Shown piece by piece: positions 60,396-64,000 of a DNA stretch of 64,000 nt. The translations under genes and the position numbers were made by a program. The stretch spans positions 64,001 to 128,000 of the forward strand of contig CAXXFK010000042.1 of the NCBI GenBank assembly GCA_963663965.2, read 5' to 3'. The notes under the pieces were generated by a model that was given only the letters and a program-made list of their open reading frames with translations, did no database searches and was not told the DNA's origin. The DNA is from Sedimentisphaerales bacterium. Lineage in GTDB: Bacteria > Planctomycetota > Phycisphaerae > Sedimentisphaerales > SM23-30. Each line of letters opens with the position of its first letter. The stretch's first letter is position 1.

Positions 60396-61892
60396 ATGAA
60401 AACTAAGTTACTAACCGTTTTATGTTTGTCTCAGTGTCTTGTGGGGGAGTTGACCTATCCGATTGTGGATACCGGTCAGGTCCGCTGTTATAACGATTCG
60501 GTGGAAATCGTGTTTCCTGAGGTGAGTTCACCGTTTTATGGTCAGGATGCCCATTATGCGGGGAACCAACCGGCCTATCAGGACAATAAAGACGGGACAG
60601 TTACCGATGAGGTGACCGGGTTGATGTGGTTAAGCGAGCCGGGTGAAAAGATGAGTTTTGACCAGGCAGTCGCCGGCGCGTCCCAATGCCGGGTAGGGGG
60701 ATATACCGACTGGCGGTTGCCGACGATTAAGGAACTGTATTCGTTGATCCTGTTCAGTGGGACCGATCCCGATCCGAGGGCGGCGGAAACCAATGCCTTG
60801 AAACCGTTTATCGATACCCGCTATTTCCATTTCAGTTATGGCGATCCTGCCGGCGGAGATCGGATTATCGATTCTCAATTTGCCACCTCGACCCTCTATC
60901 GAAGCAGGACGATGAACGGCAACGAAACCATGTTTGGCGTAAATTTCGCGGATGGCCGGATCAAGGGGTATCCGATACATATGCCGGGGAATCGGGAAAA
61001 GATCTATTATGTGCTGTATGTGCGCGGCAACCCGGAGTATGGCAGGAACCGTTTTGTCGATCATGGCGATGGCACGATTACCGATGAGGCTACCGGCCTG
61101 ATCTGGATGAAGCAGGACAGCGGTTACCTGAAAGCAGGAAAAGATGGTCGTTTGAACTGGGCCGAAGCACTGGAATGGGCTGAGAATCTCGAATACGCCG
61201 GCCGTTCGGACTGGCGGTTACCCAACGCCAAGGAATTGCAGAGCATTGTGGATTACAACCGTTGTCCGGATGTGACGGATTCCGCGGCGATCGATCCAAT
61301 CTTTGCAGTGACTGCTATTACCAACGAAGGAGGCAAGCGGGATTATCCCTATTACTGGACATCGACCTCGCATGTGAGGTTCAGTTCCGATACCGCGGGT
61401 GTTTATATTGCTTTTGGCCGGGCATTGGGATTGATGCAGGATCCGCGCACCGGCCGGAGAACCCTGATGGATGTCCACGGCGCGGGGGCCCAACGGTCCG
61501 ATGTGAAGGCCGGCGATCCGGATCAACTGCCCCAGGGACGCGGACCGCAAGGCGATATTATGCGGGTAACTAATTTTGCCCGATGTGTCTGCGGCGGGAC
61601 GGCCGATCCTCAGACTTCCGGGCCGGCTTTGGAGACGCGATCACCGCAGCAGGGAAACCGGCCGGGAAATCGATGGGGCCGACCCAATATGGGGCCGCCG
61701 ACAGGGGGGATGGGTGGTCCGGTGAATTGGGGAGCCCTATTTGTCCAGAGGCTGGATCGAAACGGCGATGGAAAAGTATCCCGGCAGGAATTTGACGGGC
61801 CGCCAGATCATTTTGGCGTGCTGGACAGGGATCATGATGGATTCTTAAGTCAGGATGAAGCGCCGGGACCGGTGTTTCGACCGGGGCCGTAA
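60396..61892 (+). CDS. Secreted DUF1566 (Lcl C-terminal-like) two-domain protein with an EF-hand tail
   Basis: YPIVDTGQ; two copies of D..DGT(V/I)TD..TGL.W...DWRLP..KEL; DRNGDGKVSRQE and DRDHDGFLSQDE. Confidence 0.85.
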   Translation: MKTKLLTVLCLSQCLVGELTYPIVDTGQVRCYNDSVEIVFPEVSSPFYGQDAHYAGNQPAYQDNKDGTVTDEVTGLMWLSEPGEKMSFDQAVAGASQCRVGGYTDWRLPTIKELYSLILFSGTDPDPRAAETNALKPFIDTRYFHFSYGDPAGGDRIIDSQFATSTLYRSRTMNGNETMFGVNFADGRIKGYPIHMPGNREKIYYVLYVRGNPEYGRNRFVDHGDGTITDEATGLIWMKQDSGYLKAGKDGRLNWAEALEWAENLEYAGRSDWRLPNAKELQSIVDYNRCPDVTDSAAIDPIFAVTAITNEGGKRDYPYYWTSTSHVRFSSDTAGVYIAFGRALGLMQDPRTGRRTLMDVHGAGAQRSDVKAGDPDQLPQGRGPQGDIMRVTNFARCVCGGTADPQTSGPALETRSPQQGNRPGNRWGRPNMGPPTGGMGGPVNWGALFVQRLDRNGDGKVSRQEFDGPPDHFGVLDRDHDGFLSQDEAPGPVFRPGP

Positions 61893-61898
61893 ATTTTA

Positions 61899-61932
61899 AG
61901 GGTACCTCTAAAGCCGTTTTTAGAGGTACCCT
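61899..61932. terminator. Hairpin between convergent genes
   Basis: AGGGTACCTCTAAA-GCCGTT-TTTAGAGGTACCCT, perfect 14-bp stem. Confidence 0.7.
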
Positions 61933-61938
61933 GATCGA

Positions 61939-63513
61939 TTACTGGATAGATCCAGTTGTACGGATATCGAATAAGCCCACATCCACGCCCTGGCCACCAC
62001 TGGTTTGCCGGCATTTGACGGCTATGGTATTGTGACCTTTGTGGAAAAGTCCCAGTTTTTCCGCAGGGACCGGCCGGTCGATATAGTGTGGACTCCAATC
62101 GGTTCGATGCAGAGCCAGTTTGCCATTGATATAAATCCAGAGTTCCTCATCGTGATAGAGCCGGAACTGAAGATCGGCGAACTGGGTGGAATCTAATTGG
62201 AACTCTTTTCGCAGCCAGATTTCATTGGTATTCCACTCGGTCGCTACGTGTAAATTGGGTGGGTTATTTCCGCCGAAAGCGCCCGGACCGGTTTGCCATT
62301 GACTATCGTCAAAGTCAGGGGCCATCCAGTTGTCTTTTGGCTCTTCGATCGTATAACGCCAGGATTGCGAGATCAGTTCAGACGTTGGCAAGAGGGTATC
62401 AATGACAGGGATTGGCTGGTTTCCCGAGCGTTGTTTCGATTTGGCGGCCTGTAGATAAAATTTGAATTGTTGAATTTCCGCGTCACAATAGGGGGTATAA
62501 TCCGAATGATAGAGATCATGCTGCCAGACGGCCGGTTCGGGGTCGCCGGGCTGATGGCCCCAGTTCAGATCGGTCTGAGTTTTGCCGTTGACCAGACCCC
62601 AATGCAGACAGCCCACATTTTCATGGAAAAAGACGGGCAAACAGGTCGTGACGATGGAATTCCTGCCCCGGTTGAGCCATTCGGTGCAAATCATCGGGCG
62701 TCCCTGGGATTTGAGCACCTTGATCTGGTTGAGCAACGAATAACCCGGAGAGTAATTGTGGAAGGTGATGATATCGGAATTTTCCATGATGACCTGATTG
62801 AGCTTGCGAATGCCGTTGTAACAGCCAACGGTCAGGGGTTGGATGGGATTGATCTGCCGGGCGCAGGCGAATACCCGCTCGGTCAGCGTGATCGAAATTT
62901 CACCCAGTCTTGCGTTGGCGGGTTCGTTATATAAATCCCAGCACAGGATTCTCGGATCAGTTTTGTGGGCATTGATGATATCGCTGACAAATCGCTCCAG
63001 CCTGGGCCAGGTGGATTGATCCCGGACCATGCCATGGCCGGGACTGGGGGTCCAGCCATTGGCGTACCAGCCTTCGACGACCTCCGGTTGCCGGCCGTAG
63101 ACCGGATCCTGAATCGGACCAAAGACACAGTCGTCGAAGAAAATGGGCATAACCTTCAAGCCGCGCTGATGACAGATTTGCAGGAATTGTTCAAAGCGCT
63201 GCTTGAACGCCTGGGGATCATGTTCCCAGACCACGAAGGAAAATACCACGCGCAGACAATTAAAGCCGACCTCCTGCGCGAGCTTCAATTCGGTATCAAT
63301 CCGTTTGGGATCGAAGCAATAGTCCATCCACATCTCGGTGTAACTAATGGCATTGGCCGGGACATAGTTAAAGCCGCAGGGCCAGGGCTGGCTGTTATAC
63401 CATTGCCAGGCCTGAGCTCGGGACCATCGTTGGGGTGTTTCGGCGATGGCCAGGGGTGTAAGCAGGCAGGCAACAATCAGGCATGCTGAGGTCATCATCG
63501 CGCGAGTTTTCAT
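61939..63513 (-). CDS. GH5-like (clan GH-A) glycoside hydrolase with a C-terminal galactose-binding-like module
   Basis: Signal peptide, GFNYVP, GFNCLRV, WDLYNEP (acid/base), ITFHNY, ICTEWL (nucleophile); C-terminal WRY...W..PDFDDSQW...IWLRKEF. Confidence 0.85.
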   Translation of the reverse strand: MKTRAMMTSACLIVACLLTPLAIAETPQRWSRAQAWQWYNSQPWPCGFNYVPANAISYTEMWMDYCFDPKRIDTELKLAQEVGFNCLRVVFSFVVWEHDPQAFKQRFEQFLQICHQRGLKVMPIFFDDCVFGPIQDPVYGRQPEVVEGWYANGWTPSPGHGMVRDQSTWPRLERFVSDIINAHKTDPRILCWDLYNEPANARLGEISITLTERVFACARQINPIQPLTVGCYNGIRKLNQVIMENSDIITFHNYSPGYSLLNQIKVLKSQGRPMICTEWLNRGRNSIVTTCLPVFFHENVGCLHWGLVNGKTQTDLNWGHQPGDPEPAVWQHDLYHSDYTPYCDAEIQQFKFYLQAAKSKQRSGNQPIPVIDTLLPTSELISQSWRYTIEEPKDNWMAPDFDDSQWQTGPGAFGGNNPPNLHVATEWNTNEIWLRKEFQLDSTQFADLQFRLYHDEELWIYINGKLALHRTDWSPHYIDRPVPAEKLGLFHKGHNTIAVKCRQTSGGQGVDVGLFDIRTTGSIQ

Positions 63514-63554
63514 ATTTTGAATCCTTTCTTTTTTATGGTTGCCGGCGGGGCGGT

Positions 63555-64000
63555 TTATTCGTTATCGCAATATAATCCCAGATCGATAAATTGGTTTGAG
63601 CCATTGCCGGAGCAATGAACACTGATGACGTTGGTTCCGGTCAGCAGGTATTGTGATACGCTTGGCTCCAGAGGGATCCGGCTATAATCATAAGAATTTC
63701 CGGGCAAAGTGGCAATCAAATGATGATTGAGATAAATTTCGGTATTGCCAGTATGAAAAACGTTCAAGATCAGGTTCAAGTAGTTCTGCCAGGGCCCGTC
63801 CAGTTCGAAGGTCCGGCGCAGCCAGATATCCGGACTGCTCCATTCGGTTCGAACGACGCTGTTGCTGGTACTGATCTGGCCAAAACCCGCGGTACCCGCG
63901 GTCCAGTGGGTGTCATCATATCCCAGCGCCGTCCATTCTGACGGGGGGGCTGTGGTTGAATAGCGCCAGGAATAAACGGCGCTGCTGATGCCCGAATCGG
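63555..64000 (-). CDS. 3' part of a gene ending in the same galactose-binding-like module (5' end outside the window)
   Basis: Manual translation SWRYSTTAPPSEWTALGYDDTHWTAGTAGFG...VRTEWSSPDIWLRRTF...GTNVISVHC...QFIDLGL. Confidence 0.8.
   Translation of the reverse strand, partial: DSGISSAVYSWRYSTTAPPSEWTALGYDDTHWTAGTAGFGQISTSNSVVRTEWSSPDIWLRRTFELDGPWQNYLNLILNVFHTGNTEIYLNHHLIATLPGNSYDYSRIPLEPSVSQYLLTGTNVISVHCSGNGSNQFIDLGLYCDNE

Overview
Bacterial chromosomal window, most likely from a planctomycete (Phycisphaerae-like). This is inferred from a DUF1559-type prepilin protein, PEP-CTERM proteins, a Sua5-phosphatase fusion and a TPR/tandem alpha-CTD protein. Housekeeping and envelope genes (tgt, pssA, trpC, rpiB, thyX, lpxD, lpxI, a YitJ-like methionine-cycle enzyme) are interleaved with secreted or glycan-active proteins, one complete IS630 element and several REP/MITE-like repeats. 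Two regions stand out. (1) At ~54.3-59.4 kb lies a stand-alone pupylation-like operon: small TPR protein, TPR + DUF4062/TIR-like protein, a 52-aa Pup/UBact-like modifier ending QESGE (absent from the ORF track), and a PafA-like ligase, with a divergent HTH regulator. No proteasome, ARC ATPase or Dop gene is present in the window. The operon sits in an accessory island next to a nuclease-STAND NTPase and a TIR-like protein. (2) At ~35.5-42.1 kb lies a TetR-controlled operon encoding a KamA-type aminomutase, a GNAT-deacetylase fusion, two Ddl-like ATP-grasp ligases and a GNAT, with three clear operator palindromes. No rRNA, tRNA or CRISPR array was recognised. All family assignments come from motif recognition by eye, not from database searches.
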